The translations under genes were made by a program, and so were the position numbers. Shown piece by piece: positions 1 to 9,599 of a DNA stretch of 64,000 nt (position 1 is its first letter; the number at the start of each line of letters is the position of its first letter). The stretch lies in the IMG/VR virus record IMGVR_UViG_2636415473_000002, positions 1 through 64,000 of that record; one strand, written 5' to 3'. Origin of the DNA: a virus (lineage: Duplodnaviria; Caudoviricetes). The notes below the pieces were generated by a model. The model worked only from the letters and a program-made list of their open reading frames with translations. It had not been told where the DNA came from and made no database searches.

Positions 1-1158
1 TTATTCGAGGACATTTTTCATATATTCCTCAAATTTGTTCATTCTATCTTTCTCAATTGTTTTACTGATATGTGAATAGACATCTGCTGTGATCTGCATA
101 CTTCCGTGACCTAAGCGTTCTTGTAGATATTTCATATCTGTGCCTGCTTCCAATTGTAAAACTGCGTGTGTGTGTCTTAAAGAGTGAATAGGAAGAGAGG
201 ATAACCCACACTTTTTTAAAATCCTAGAAAATGAATTAAATAAACTTGATTTTGGCATGTAATTTCCATCGTCTCTGCAAAGCACTAAATTTAAGTCAAA
301 ATGATAATTTTCATTTAATATCGTCTTATTTTGGTTCTGATATTTTTGATGGAATCGAAGATCGTTAGCAAGTGCCTGGCTAATTGTGATGACGCGTTTT
401 GAATGATAGGTCTTTACGTTTCCAAACATTTCATCTGGATTTTTAGAAGCTTCTTTGAAATCTAAAGATTTATTAATATTGATTGTCTGTTCTTTCAAAT
501 CGACATCCATCCACTGTAAGGCAGCTGCTTCACCTTTTCTCATTCCGGTTTCAATTAAGAGTTTGTAAAACATCCAATAAATGTACCCATATTCATAGGA
601 TGCTTTTAAAAAATCAGAAATGTGTTCTGATTCGATAAACTGTAATTCTTGCTCTTTTTTTTCACCTTTTATTTCTACTCCAACACAAGGATTTTTTTCG
701 ATTTTCCCTAACGTTTTAGCCTTTTCAAACGAGTTGAACATGGTACCGTGGACAATTTCAACTGTTCGCTTACTATACTCAAGCTTTGTAAGATGGTTGA
801 TAAATTTTTGATACATTAAAGGCTTAACATCTTTTAATAAGATATTTTTAAAATAGGGAATAATGTGATTTTTGACGTTACGCTCGTGTATTTCAAACGT
901 GTTTTTAGCCACAGTTCCTTTTTTATATTCTAATAGCCATGTTTCTAACCATATTTTCAATGATTCATCCGTTATTTCAAGACCTTCACGAATTCTTCTT
1001 TCTTCATTTTCTGCTGCTAACTTTGCTTCCGTTTTCCCTAGAAAACCTCTTTTGGATTTTTCTCTAGTTTTTCGCGTGATTGGATCTTGATAATAGATTC
1101 GATATTCCCAAAAATCCTTATTCGAACCTTTCTTTTTATACTTATGAAACGTCGCCAT
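1..1158 (-). CDS. int: Phage tyrosine integrase
   Basis: N-terminal arm-binding domain; GMRKGE, HSLRHTH, LGH and VYSH catalytic motifs; start moved to the ATG behind RBS GAGGAG. Confidence 0.95.
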   Translation of the reverse strand: MATFHKYKKKGSNKDFWEYRIYYQDPITRKTREKSKRGFLGKTEAKLAAENEERRIREGLEITDESLKIWLETWLLEYKKGTVAKNTFEIHERNVKNHIIPYFKNILLKDVKPLMYQKFINHLTKLEYSKRTVEIVHGTMFNSFEKAKTLGKIEKNPCVGVEIKGEKKEQELQFIESEHISDFLKASYEYGYIYWMFYKLLIETGMRKGEAAALQWMDVDLKEQTININKSLDFKEASKNPDEMFGNVKTYHSKRVITISQALANDLRFHQKYQNQNKTILNENYHFDLNLVLCRDDGNYMPKSSLFNSFSRILKKCGLSSLPIHSLRHTHAVLQLEAGTDMKYLQERLGHGSMQITADVYSHISKTIEKDRMNKFEEYMKNVLE

Positions 1159-1194
1159 TATTTCATCTCCTCTCAAAGAATGGATACTCCTCAT

Positions 1195-1701
1195 TCATAC
1201 CTTATATGTATAAGTGGTTTCGGCTATTCTATTCATACGGCGGTTTTGAATTTGTTCAAGTCGTTTAAAGCACAGGTCATCCGTTACTTTAAACAAATGG
1301 ACCATTTGATCAATAACATAAGGATCATCCACATCAATGAATTGCAACATGTGATGTGGAATAGCTGCATAGAGGACAAAATGCTGAGCATCCCATTCTT
1401 GCAGCTCACGGAACGCATGCGGCATCATGCTTTGAACACCTGTATGCCGCAATATATGGCACAATTCGTGAAAGAACATCTCGCGTTGCATTTCTTTTGT
1501 AGTCCTATTGTCAACAGTAATACCTATATAGTTTCCATTGACTTGAAAATAGGAAGGTAACGGTTTTCGGTGGATAAAAATTCGATAATACCTTGCTATG
1601 TATTCCTCGCTAATTTGTCTAGGGTGTCTAATTCTTAGTGCAGTATAAAAATGTGTAACCCAATCTTCCAGAACTGTTGTAGGATAATTCGACAGGTTCA
1701 A
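1195..1701 (-). CDS. ImmA/IrrE-family metalloprotease (anti-repressor)
   Basis: FFHELCHILRH (HExxH) and EWDA motif; lies between integrase and repressor; TTG start after GAGGTG. Confidence 0.9.
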   Translation of the reverse strand: MNLSNYPTTVLEDWVTHFYTALRIRHPRQISEEYIARYYRIFIHRKPLPSYFQVNGNYIGITVDNRTTKEMQREMFFHELCHILRHTGVQSMMPHAFRELQEWDAQHFVLYAAIPHHMLQFIDVDDPYVIDQMVHLFKVTDDLCFKRLEQIQNRRMNRIAETTYTYKV

Positions 1702-1720
1702 TCTTATCACCTCTAAAACC

Positions 1721-1749
1721 ATTATACGAATATATGTTCCTTTTTACAA
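1721..1749 (-). promoter_or_regulatory. sigmaA promoter of immA-int with a LexA (SOS) box between -35 and -10
   Basis: Minus strand TTGTAA-17-TATAAT; GGAACATATATTCG at 1727-1740 resembles CGAAC-N4-GTTCG. Confidence 0.65.
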
Positions 1750-1780
1750 TAAAAAGAAAATGCCCAAATTATAGGCATAT

Positions 1781-2203
1781 TTATTTTCCCTCTTCATTCC
1801 GTTCCTTCGCCTTCTGAGCAACCCATTCAAAATGTCGTCTAATCTCGTCCAGATCCTCAGCGCTTAAATTCTTCCACTTCTCGACATCAAAGAATCCCAA
1901 TTGCTCGATACCAAATTCTTTAATCATCGCATTAATTTCTTTTAAAGAATCTAATTCGTCATCTGTAGAAGGGGGAGAGAAGTCTTTATCGATACCAGTA
2001 ATTAAATAATCTGTAGTAATACCATATAGTTTTGATATCTTAGCAAGCATATCTTTATCAGGTGTTCTGATTCCATATTCCCAATTGGCGTATGTAGAGA
2101 CAGTTTTCATACCTAATCTTCTTGCGACCTCAGTCTTTGTCCATCCCTTTTTTTCTCTTAAGTTTTCAAGTATTTTTGGAGTTAAATTACTCATATTCCA
2201 CAC
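1781..2203 (-). CDS. XRE-family prophage repressor (ImmR/CI-like)
   Basis: HTH_3 pattern LREKKGWTKTEVARRLG...YANWEYGIRTPD; divergent from the cro-like gene. Confidence 0.9.
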   Translation of the reverse strand: MWNMSNLTPKILENLREKKGWTKTEVARRLGMKTVSTYANWEYGIRTPDKDMLAKISKLYGITTDYLITGIDKDFSPPSTDDELDSLKEINAMIKEFGIEQLGFFDVEKWKNLSAEDLDEIRRHFEWVAQKAKERNEEGK

Positions 2204-2236
2204 CTTAATTGAGTTTTATATAAATCTTATCATTTT

Positions 2237-2567
2237 TTACACGCATTAGATAAAAAGTTACACAAAAAGAATAAGAAATAGTTGACTTACACTTAAAGGG
2301 TAACTTATAATACAAATAAGAGTTACACATATTGAGTAATAGAGGTGATTAAATGACCCTTCATAAATTAAGAAATATTCGTTTATCTCAAGGTAGATCT
2401 CAAACATTTATGGCAAAAAAACTTGGCTATAAATCTGTTAGTGGGTATGCAAATATTGAGATGGGTAGAACAAAACCAAGTTTGATTATGGCTAAAAATA
2501 TTTCTGAAATACTACAGGTTGATGTGAATGAGCTTTTTTTTGAACAAAAGTTACACGTAAAGAGTAA
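2237..2567. promoter_or_regulatory. Immunity region: five 17-bp operators TTACAC-N5-RRRTAA and the rightward lytic promoter
   Basis: Operators at 2237, 2258, 2287, 2323 and 2551; TTGACT(2282)-18-TATAAT(2306). Confidence 0.8.
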
Positions 2568-2598
2568 CCTTTGGTTGGGTTCAGCTGGCAAACAGTGA
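2353..2598 (+). CDS. Cro-like XRE HTH regulator
   Basis: HTH_3 motif YANIEMGRTKPSL; first gene of the lytic operon. Confidence 0.85.
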   Translation: MTLHKLRNIRLSQGRSQTFMAKKLGYKSVSGYANIEMGRTKPSLIMAKNISEILQVDVNELFFEQKLHVKSNLWLGSAGKQ

Positions 2599-2794
2599 TA
2601 CAGAAGGAGGAAATGCTTATGAGCGATCACGCGTATTACAGCACCTTCTACGACCTTTTATCAAAATTGTATAGTAGCACATTATCTTGAATCTGATCGC
2701 AACTATGAACGTCAGGATGCGGTCAGTGATTTATTAGAAATTATCCATCTGATGGAGTGTAACAAAAATATCTTGCAGAAAGAAGGGAAAGCAA

Positions 2795-3064
2795 ATGCTT
2801 AATATTCAAATTGATGAACAAATGGTCGAGAAAACGTTTCTTACAGAGTTGAAAAAGCGCCTTGATCAACTTCAGAATAAGCAAACCTTTTGGGACATGA
2901 AAGAGCTTTGCCGACAAACAAACATGAGCGAGAACAGCATTAAGGAAAAATTCTTTTTTGATACACGTTTTCCAAAATATAAAATTGGTGGGAAGTGGTA
3001 CTTCCCAACTGCAGAAGCTGAATCGTTTTTGCTTATGTGGATTAAAGAACAGCCAACCCATTAA
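2795..3064 (+). CDS. Excisionase-like HTH protein
   Basis: WDMKELC...FPKYKIGGKWYF winged-HTH pattern; early-operon position. Confidence 0.65.
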   Translation: MLNIQIDEQMVEKTFLTELKKRLDQLQNKQTFWDMKELCRQTNMSENSIKEKFFFDTRFPKYKIGGKWYFPTAEAESFLLMWIKEQPTH

Positions 3065-3093
3065 CAAATGAACCAACTCTAGGGAGGTTATGT

Positions 3094-3321
3094 ATGAGCA
3101 TGATGTTAAGCAAGGGTGAACAAACTCGTTTACGGATAGGTGTATCACGCCGAGTATTCCAATTTACGAAGGACAAGAAAGAAGCTGCCAGGCTTTTCGA
3201 AAACTTGTTTCACGATATTAAAGAACATTTCGGCGTTACAAGCTATAAAGAAGTAGATCGACGATACCTTTTATCTGCTATTAGATTCATAGAAAACTGG
3301 GTGCCGAAGAAAGCTTCTTAA
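3094..3321 (+). CDS. ORF6C-domain protein
   Basis: FHDIKEHFGVTSYKEV...AIRFIENWVP matches the ORF6C signature. Confidence 0.75.
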   Translation: MSMMLSKGEQTRLRIGVSRRVFQFTKDKKEAARLFENLFHDIKEHFGVTSYKEVDRRYLLSAIRFIENWVPKKAS

Positions 3322-3401
3322 CTATAATACTAGCAAGTTTTACCAAGTAATAGTATTCCAGATGAAATGTGATTATTCCAATTTGGAATAATTGAGAAAG
3401 A

Positions 3402-3683
3402 GTGGTGATACATATGAGCTTAAATTTCGGGTTAGTGTTGCAGGCTTGTAGGAAAAAGGCTGGTTTCTCTCAAGAAGAAATGGGGCATCAATTGAATCTT
3501 TCGCAATCTGCTGTTTCTAAAATGGAGACAGAACGAAAGGTGCCAGATATGCCAACCTTCATGGAATGGGTACGGGTTACTAATGCGCAAGAAGTGGCAG
3601 TCGCATTCCTATATGGAATGGACGGAATCACAATGATTCACCAGTTATTACCGTTGATAGGAGGATTAGTTTTATGGTTTTAA
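3402..3683 (+). CDS. XRE HTH protein
   Basis: CRKKAGFSQEEMG...SQSAVSKME. Confidence 0.8.
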   Translation: MVIHMSLNFGLVLQACRKKAGFSQEEMGHQLNLSQSAVSKMETERKVPDMPTFMEWVRVTNAQEVAVAFLYGMDGITMIHQLLPLIGGLVLWF

Positions 3684-3946
3684 CAAGAATGAGTTTTTTG
3701 CCAGAGGATAATAAGTCGGCAGTTATGGAATATCGTTGCATTAATACTTGCTATAGCCGTATCGAAGAGTCTGTTTTTAAAGGGGATTTTGAAGAAGCAA
3801 AACGTACTACACGTGACCTTCTTAATTCGATTCGTGAAATTGAAAGACTACATGAAAGAAAAAAGAAGCTTGATCGTAAGGCTGAACTTGTTCGCATAAT
3901 GGCAGCAAGAGGGATACATATAGAATTGGTGGTTAGGACTTCATGA
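3674..3946 (+). CDS. Phage hypothetical protein
   Basis: GGAGG RBS; overlaps the upstream stop. Confidence 0.6.
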   Translation: MVLTRMSFLPEDNKSAVMEYRCINTCYSRIEESVFKGDFEEAKRTTRDLLNSIREIERLHERKKKLDRKAELVRIMAARGIHIELVVRTS

Positions 3947-4146
3947 TTTCTTAAGGAAGGAGTGGTTTTATGAAAATCACGGCTGAAGAATGGCTACGCC
4001 TGTCAGGGGTGACAAAGCAATTCTTATTAAAAAAGATCACAAAAAAAAGCAGTGAGCTGCAACTCACCACTCTTAAAAACTTATTAAATATTAGATGGTC
4101 TAATTATAGCATATTTCTCTGCTGAAGAAAAGGAGCTAGATTCTGA

Positions 4147-4320
4147 ATGTTAGGTGATCAAAGTCCTCGTCATGTTGTGTTTCCTAAGCGTTTAGGGGAG
4201 CGAGCTGATGACGAGGAACATCTAAACAGACTCGTTGTTGAATACATTATGGTCCGTTATCCAGATTACAGGGTTATCAACATAAAAGATGGATTTGCTA
4301 TCTGTAATAAAAATTATTAG
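4147..4320 (+). CDS. Small phage protein (57 aa, MLGDQSPRHVVFP...), absent from the ORF track
   Basis: AAGGAG RBS; open frame to TAG at 4318-4320. Confidence 0.6.
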   Translation: MLGDQSPRHVVFPKRLGERADDEEHLNRLVVEYIMVRYPDYRVINIKDGFAICNKNY

Positions 4321-4332
4321 CAAGGAGGCGAG

Positions 4333-5181
4333 TTGGTAATGGCCAGACCAAAAAAAGAGGGTATGGATTATTTCCCTCACGATACTGATGCGGTAAACGA
4401 TGAAAAAATTGAAGCTTTACGTTTCTTGTATGGAAACGATGGATACGCCTTCTATTTCATCCTGCTTGAACGGATTTATCGAGCAAAAGAATTTGAGTTA
4501 GATGTTTCTGACGCAGAAACTATTCAGATACTTTGCAGAAAAATTGGTGTAAACGAGGAAAAATTTCATCAGATTTTAGAAACATCTTTGAAGCGAAGTT
4601 GTTTTGATAGAGTCGCTTATGAAGAAAAACGTGTTCTTACATCTACTGGAATTAAAAATCGAGCATCTATTGTTGTTGAGAAACGAGTGATGATGCGTGA
4701 CAAATATCAAAAATCCAAAGATGTTTCTGACGCAGAAACTAGTGAAGAAACCAAGGTAGAAACGTCACAAAGTAAAGTAAAGAAAAGAAAAGAAAAGGAA
4801 AGGAATAAAAACAATATACCCGAACAAATTAAAAATTTGCGTCTCAGGTATTCCGAAACTCAATTAAAGGTCATTGATGATTATCTTGAAATAATTCGCC
4901 ATACAAGAGTCAGTGCTAAGATTTCTGAATCTGTCATTTTGAAGATGTACCAAGATTGGGACAAGTACCCAACAATCTGTGTAGAGTACGGTCTAAAGAC
5001 CCATACCGACAATCCAGCTTTTCACTCAAAAAAAGAGAATTATACAATCGGGATTATTAGAAATACCACTGCTGACGAAGCTGCCGAGAAAATGAAACCT
5101 GCATCGCCACAACGCCGAACAGGTACAGGCTTTAATAAAAACGTCGTTAACTTTACCGCGCTTGTCGGAAACGGAGGTTGA
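4333..5181 (+). CDS. Phage replication initiator (DUF4373/Lin1244-like N-terminus)
   Basis: MARPKKEGMDYFPHD start; internal iterons; followed by loader and helicase. Confidence 0.8.
   Translation: MVMARPKKEGMDYFPHDTDAVNDEKIEALRFLYGNDGYAFYFILLERIYRAKEFELDVSDAETIQILCRKIGVNEEKFHQILETSLKRSCFDRVAYEEKRVLTSTGIKNRASIVVEKRVMMRDKYQKSKDVSDAETSEETKVETSQSKVKKRKEKERNKNNIPEQIKNLRLRYSETQLKVIDDYLEIIRHTRVSAKISESVILKMYQDWDKYPTICVEYGLKTHTDNPAFHSKKENYTIGIIRNTTADEAAEKMKPASPQRRTGTGFNKNVVNFTALVGNGG
4719..4812. repeat. Predicted phage replication origin (iterons plus A-rich tract)
   Basis: Palindrome GTTTCTG-ACG-CAGAAAC, then AGAAAC at 4734/4746/4758 (12-bp spacing), then an A-rich run. Confidence 0.7.
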
Positions 5182-5540
5182 ACATGGACAGAAAGCAGAT
5201 TGCTATTTTACTAAACACAATCCAAGCGAGTTATCCCGGAAAATTTCAAGTTGAAGATCCAGTCGGACTTTTAAATTCTTGGGAACGAGTTCTACGAAAA
5301 CATGATTGTGAAAATGTAATGAAAAATTTCGAGCGTCACTTAGAAACCAATGTCTTTGCTCCCACTCTTGCTGACTTGGTTAAAGTAAGGCCACTAGATC
5401 GATTGGGCGGAATTCCAAATGCCAACGAAACACTAGAGTATCTGAGTTTGCTAGATCGGCCCGAAGAACTCACTGAAAGTCAGCTGGTGTCCATCGAACA
5501 ATCAAAAGCAGAAATTCGCAGAATACTAGGGAGGGCTTAG
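5178..5540 (+). CDS. Helicase loader/inhibitor (SPP1 G39P-like)
   Basis: LLNTIQASYP...W..VL...FAPTLADL pattern; sits between initiator and helicase. Confidence 0.7.
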   Translation: MNMDRKQIAILLNTIQASYPGKFQVEDPVGLLNSWERVLRKHDCENVMKNFERHLETNVFAPTLADLVKVRPLDRLGGIPNANETLEYLSLLDRPEELTESQLVSIEQSKAEIRRILGRA

Positions 5541-5542
5541 TT

Positions 5543-6856
5543 TTGGAAGATATCATACTTTATGGCATTGAGGCAGAGCAATCTTTACTAGGAACCTTGC
5601 TGATAGAACCTGATCTAATCAAAGATATTAAAACCAAGCCGGAACATTTATCTCCAGGGAAGAATCATAACCTTCTGGCAACCCTACTCGACATGGATAG
5701 TAAGGGGCAACCGGTTGATCTACTCTCCATCACGGAGCGAGTCGGCAGAAATAATATTGGTCGCATTGGTGGTAGAAGTTATCTGAGTGAATTAATGACT
5801 TCTGTTGCATCCACTGCAAACTTTGCTCATCATGAAAAAATCATTTATGACTACTATCAACGAAGAGAAGCAATCGCAATCGCTAATCGCATTAAAGAAA
5901 AAGCGATAGCAGAAGAACCTGCAGTTGCTATACATAACGGTCTTAACGAATTAATGGGACTGGATGATAGCTCAGGTGATGATGACGATGGTTCCATCAT
6001 GAATGATTTAGTTGAAGTCTACGATGATTTAGAAAATCCAACAGGTGAAATTACTGGCATACCTACTGGGTTTACCGAATTAGACAGAATGACAACCGGC
6101 TTACAAAAACAAGACTTAATTATTATTGCTGCTCGTCCATCAGTAGGGAAAACAGCATTTGCACTTAATATCGCTGAAGGAGTTTCATCAAAGAACGAGT
6201 ATGCAACCGGAATTTTTTCGCTAGAAATGAGGCGGAAATTACTTTTGAAAAGGATGCTTTCAAGTAGTGGAAATATCAATACCCAAAACATAAGAACAGC
6301 CCGACTAGCCGAAAAAGATTGGGGGAAGCTGACAAACGCTATGGGTAGTGTGAGCAACCTGAACCTTCGTATCTTCGATAAACCAGGTGTCACAATCAAT
6401 GAGATTTGGTCTAAAGTCAGAAAAATGAAGCGTGATTATCAAGGTAAAGACATTCTGATCATCATTGATTATCTGCAACTAATAACCGGATCACCTAAGC
6501 ACAAAGGAAATCGCACACAAGAAATAAGTGAAATTAGTAGGATGCTTAAACACATGGCTCGTGAATTAGACGTTTGCGTAATTGCACTTAGTCAGCTTTC
6601 AAGGGCAGTGGAAATGAGACAAGATAAACGTCCGATGATGTCTGATATTCGTGAATCTGGTCAAATCGAACAAGATGCAGATGTAATCGGTTTTCTATAC
6701 CGTGATGATTATTATGACAAAGAATCAGAAAACAAAAATATCATCGAAATCATTATAGGCAAGCAACGAAACGGCCCTACTGGAACGGTGAATTTAGCTT
6801 TCGTCAAAGAATATGGTAAATTCGTCAATCTCGAACGAAGGTTTGAAGAGGCATGA
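5543..6856 (+). CDS. dnaB: Replicative DNA helicase, DnaB family
   Basis: AARPSVGKT Walker A, IIDYLQL, LSQLSR, SDIRESGQIEQDAD, KQRNGPTG. Confidence 0.97.
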   Translation: MEDIILYGIEAEQSLLGTLLIEPDLIKDIKTKPEHLSPGKNHNLLATLLDMDSKGQPVDLLSITERVGRNNIGRIGGRSYLSELMTSVASTANFAHHEKIIYDYYQRREAIAIANRIKEKAIAEEPAVAIHNGLNELMGLDDSSGDDDDGSIMNDLVEVYDDLENPTGEITGIPTGFTELDRMTTGLQKQDLIIIAARPSVGKTAFALNIAEGVSSKNEYATGIFSLEMRRKLLLKRMLSSSGNINTQNIRTARLAEKDWGKLTNAMGSVSNLNLRIFDKPGVTINEIWSKVRKMKRDYQGKDILIIIDYLQLITGSPKHKGNRTQEISEISRMLKHMARELDVCVIALSQLSRAVEMRQDKRPMMSDIRESGQIEQDADVIGFLYRDDYYDKESENKNIIEIIIGKQRNGPTGTVNLAFVKEYGKFVNLERRFEEA

Positions 6857-7077
6857 AGATAAAAGAGCTCTACTCAGACGCAGTGAAATACAATTATCAT
6901 TCACTTATTCTCATGATTGAATTTCTAATCTACGAAAAGAAAACCGTGAATATCGATGATGACGTATCAGCGCTTGATCTTTATTTCAAGCCTAACAATC
7001 ACGCTAGGATGAATCATTTGATTTGTGAATATGACAGGCAAATAAATGATTCTGTAGAGGTACATGCATATGGATAA
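6853..7077 (+). CDS. Phage hypothetical protein
   Basis: Coupled ATGA overlap with the helicase stop. Confidence 0.7.
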   Translation: MKIKELYSDAVKYNYHSLILMIEFLIYEKKTVNIDDDVSALDLYFKPNNHARMNHLICEYDRQINDSVEVHAYG

Positions 7078-7282
7078 ATTTCAGGAAATCAAAGAATATT
7101 GGAGCTCGTTTTTTTCTCCATACTGGCCCATACTAACGACCCAAAATGAACTGAAAGATATTGAGTGGCTTATTCAAGAAGTTGAACGCCTCCGCGCTAT
7201 TGAACAAGCTTATGAAGAGCTGAAAATGACGGATACGTTAAAAAGGAACGCTAAAAGACTGCCTGGAGAAACATCTTTGTAA
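7064..7282 (+). CDS. Phage hypothetical protein
   Basis: DIEWLIQEVERL motif; similar to DIDWLISQAEKAERL in the 61495 ORF. Confidence 0.6.
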   Translation: MHMDKFQEIKEYWSSFFSPYWPILTTQNELKDIEWLIQEVERLRAIEQAYEELKMTDTLKRNAKRLPGETSL

Positions 7283-7319
7283 AAGATGGATTATTAGAAT
7301 ACTGAAGGGAGTTTCGATT

Positions 7320-7733
7320 ATGGAATACCTAACAGAAGGAGATTTCGCAGTAGCTAAAGCAAATGGGGTTCCCTATGGAGCTGCTTACAATCGGTATTAC
7401 AGTTTGGACTGGTCGAAAGAAAAAGGCAATAACTGCCCCTATGGAAGATAAACATGCATGGAGTAAATGGCGTAAAAAAGCCTTAAAGAATGGAATTAGT
7501 TATTTTACTTACAGGTCTCGTATAAAGGCTGGTTTTTCACCTAAAGAAGCCGCAACGACTCCTTTAGGTGAAATCGGAAACAGACAGCATCACCCTTTTA
7601 CGAAAGAAGAACTAGCCGAAGCAAAAGGAAGAGGAATTGCTTCAGGTACAGTTATAGCTAGGTGGCGTAATGGATGGGGTAAAGAAAAGCGCTTACTTTC
7701 CCCACACAAATTAAATTTAGAAGAAAATCATAA
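7320..7733 (+). pseudogene. Triple-repeat small HTH protein (PVL ORF50-like), frameshifted in A-tracts
   Basis: Three A.xNGI/V...R...GW..E.A.T.P repeats; first repeat (ATG 7320) is out of frame with the rest at ~7420; second shift at ~7688. Confidence 0.6.
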
Positions 7734-7738
7734 AGGGG

Positions 7739-8287
7739 TTGGAAATGATGAATCTAGCAAAATTGTTTGAAATACAAATGGTATTAGATGCTCATATTGA
7801 AAGTAAGCATCCGAGACAAGAAGGCGAGGATAGAATTTCTAAAAAGATTCTAGCGTTACTAGTGGAAGTAGGGGAATGTGCTAATGAAGCTAGGTTCTTC
7901 AAATTCTGGAGCAATGATCAAAAGCCAAAGACTAAAGCTTTAAGGATGCCAACAATGATGGAGGAGGATAAAGAATACTATAATCCGACTCTTGAAGAAT
8001 TTGTGGACGGATTACACTTTGTCTTAGGGTTAGGGATTGAAATTGAATTCGTATCATACAGCACATTAGGTTATTCTCCTGAAGCTGATGATTTAACAGA
8101 TATGTTTACTCTTGTTTATGAAATGATATCTCGCTTTAAAAGATATCAATCTGTGTTCCATTACGGTATTTTGTTTGATTGCTATATGACGTTAGGGAAA
8201 ATGCTTGGATTCACCTGGGAGCAAATCGAAGTTGCTTATTACGAAAAGAATCAAATCAATCATTTACGTCAGGCCAACGGATATTGA
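7739..8287 (+). CDS. Dimeric dUTPase (dUTPase_2 family)
   Basis: LALLVEVGECANE, FKFWS, LEEFVDGLHF, KNQINHLRQANGY. Confidence 0.9.
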   Translation: MEMMNLAKLFEIQMVLDAHIESKHPRQEGEDRISKKILALLVEVGECANEARFFKFWSNDQKPKTKALRMPTMMEEDKEYYNPTLEEFVDGLHFVLGLGIEIEFVSYSTLGYSPEADDLTDMFTLVYEMISRFKRYQSVFHYGILFDCYMTLGKMLGFTWEQIEVAYYEKNQINHLRQANGY

Positions 8288-8370
8288 ACAGTGGACACAA
8301 ACTGTGAATTATTTATCAAGCACACTACAAAAAAAGCCTCTATTTTTTAAAAAATAGAGACTGAAAATGG

Positions 8371-8919
8371 TTAATCTGTTTTAAGTTTTGAGTAAATATT
8401 AAGATCAATAAATCTATCTTTAGATTTCTGGCTTTTTCTAAGTGTACCTTCAAATGTAAAGCCTAGTTTTTGTAGTACTCTAATTGAATTAAGGTTTTCA
8501 GGTTCAACTTTAGCCTCAATTCTAATGAAATTTAAATGTTCAAATGCGTATTCTAACAGACAAGAAACGGCTTCAGTTCCGTAACCTAGACCCCAAAAAG
8601 TGCTATCAAGGTCATAGCCGATTTCTGCCTTAATGTTTTCATAATCAAGTGTATTAAATCCGCATGAGCCAATGATTTGATTCGTTTTTGCTTCAATGAT
8701 CGTATAGCGCATAGCCTTGTTTTGAGCAGAAAGTTCATTTAGAAAATCAATCATTTCTTTCGCTTGATTTTCATCTGAAAAGTTCTCGATGTTCATAAAT
8801 TTTGTAACGTCTGGGTTTGACCAAATATTAAATAAACAGGGGGAATCGGCTTCCGTCATTTTTCTTAAATACAATCTTTCTGTACGTAATAAATCGGTTA
8901 TCAATATCTTAACCTCCAA
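8371..8919 (-). CDS. RimJ/RimL-family GNAT acetyltransferase (moron, opposite strand)
   Basis: TERLYLR, AEIGY...FWGLGYGTEAV, NLNSIRVLQKLGFTFEG; own terminator at ~8332-8362. Confidence 0.9.
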   Translation of the reverse strand: MEVKILITDLLRTERLYLRKMTEADSPCLFNIWSNPDVTKFMNIENFSDENQAKEMIDFLNELSAQNKAMRYTIIEAKTNQIIGSCGFNTLDYENIKAEIGYDLDSTFWGLGYGTEAVSCLLEYAFEHLNFIRIEAKVEPENLNSIRVLQKLGFTFEGTLRKSQKSKDRFIDLNIYSKLKTD

Positions 8920-9075
8920 TTTTAAATTTTATTAGTGGATTTAAGTATTGATATCTGCGCATAATTCAGTCCCTTCGAATACTGTGATTTTTCAATTGTA
9001 ACTTAGTTCAAAGATTTTTTAAATGATTAATTTAGTCAACAGTACGAATATACGGAGAGAGAAGGAGTAATATAA

Positions 9076-9210
9076 ATGGCTAAACATATTGAATGTCGTT
9101 TTTGCGATATGGGTTTTCCAGCTAATTTTGAAGATGATACAGTTTGTGGAGGATGCGGTGCAGAGTGGGAGGCAGCGAAAATTCTTGTTGAAGATGAAGG
9201 AGATATATGA
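9076..9210 (+). CDS. 44-aa zinc-ribbon protein (MAKHIECRFC...CGGCG)
   Basis: AAGGAG RBS; two CxxC motifs; better supported than the overlapping 9089 ORF. Confidence 0.6.
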   Translation: MAKHIECRFCDMGFPANFEDDTVCGGCGAEWEAAKILVEDEGDI

Positions 9211-9387
9211 ACAGCACAAAGAAGGCGAAAATTTTAAAAATGTTTCAAATATTTCGGGAAAACCTCTAACAATTAAACATCCTGCGGATTTGGTTGGGAG
9301 CAATAAAATAATGCAAGAATTGGTTAGAAAAAAATCTAAATATTTTAAATGATTTTAACACAGTTCGAATAGAAGGAGGTTTAATTG

Positions 9388-9525
9388 ATGAGCCAAAACG
9401 AACGTGAATTTTATATCGAATGGCTTGCAATGAAAGGGGATTATGATAAAACCTTTTATGCCAGGATGAAAGATTCAGAGCTTGAATTTTATTACAAGGA
9501 AATGTTGGAAGAAAATTATGTGTAA
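9388..9525 (+). CDS. Small phage protein (BH0509-like)
   Basis: AAGGAGG RBS; MSQNEREFYIEWL...MKDSELEFYY. Confidence 0.6.
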   Translation: MSQNEREFYIEWLAMKGDYDKTFYARMKDSELEFYYKEMLEENYV

Positions 9526-9599
9526 TTCGCTGAACATTAAATAAAGACTGAGATTTCTCCCAGTCCACCCAACTACATTTTACCACGGGAGGGATCTCA

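Noticed and set aside
1-2600. Arbitrium (aimR/aimP) lysis-lysogeny system
   Set aside because: No TPR receptor or signal-peptide gene near the integrase; control is ImmA/ImmR-like.
9089-9352. 87-aa ORF from the track
   Set aside because: No RBS; the overlapping 9076-9210 Zn-ribbon ORF has a good RBS and motif.
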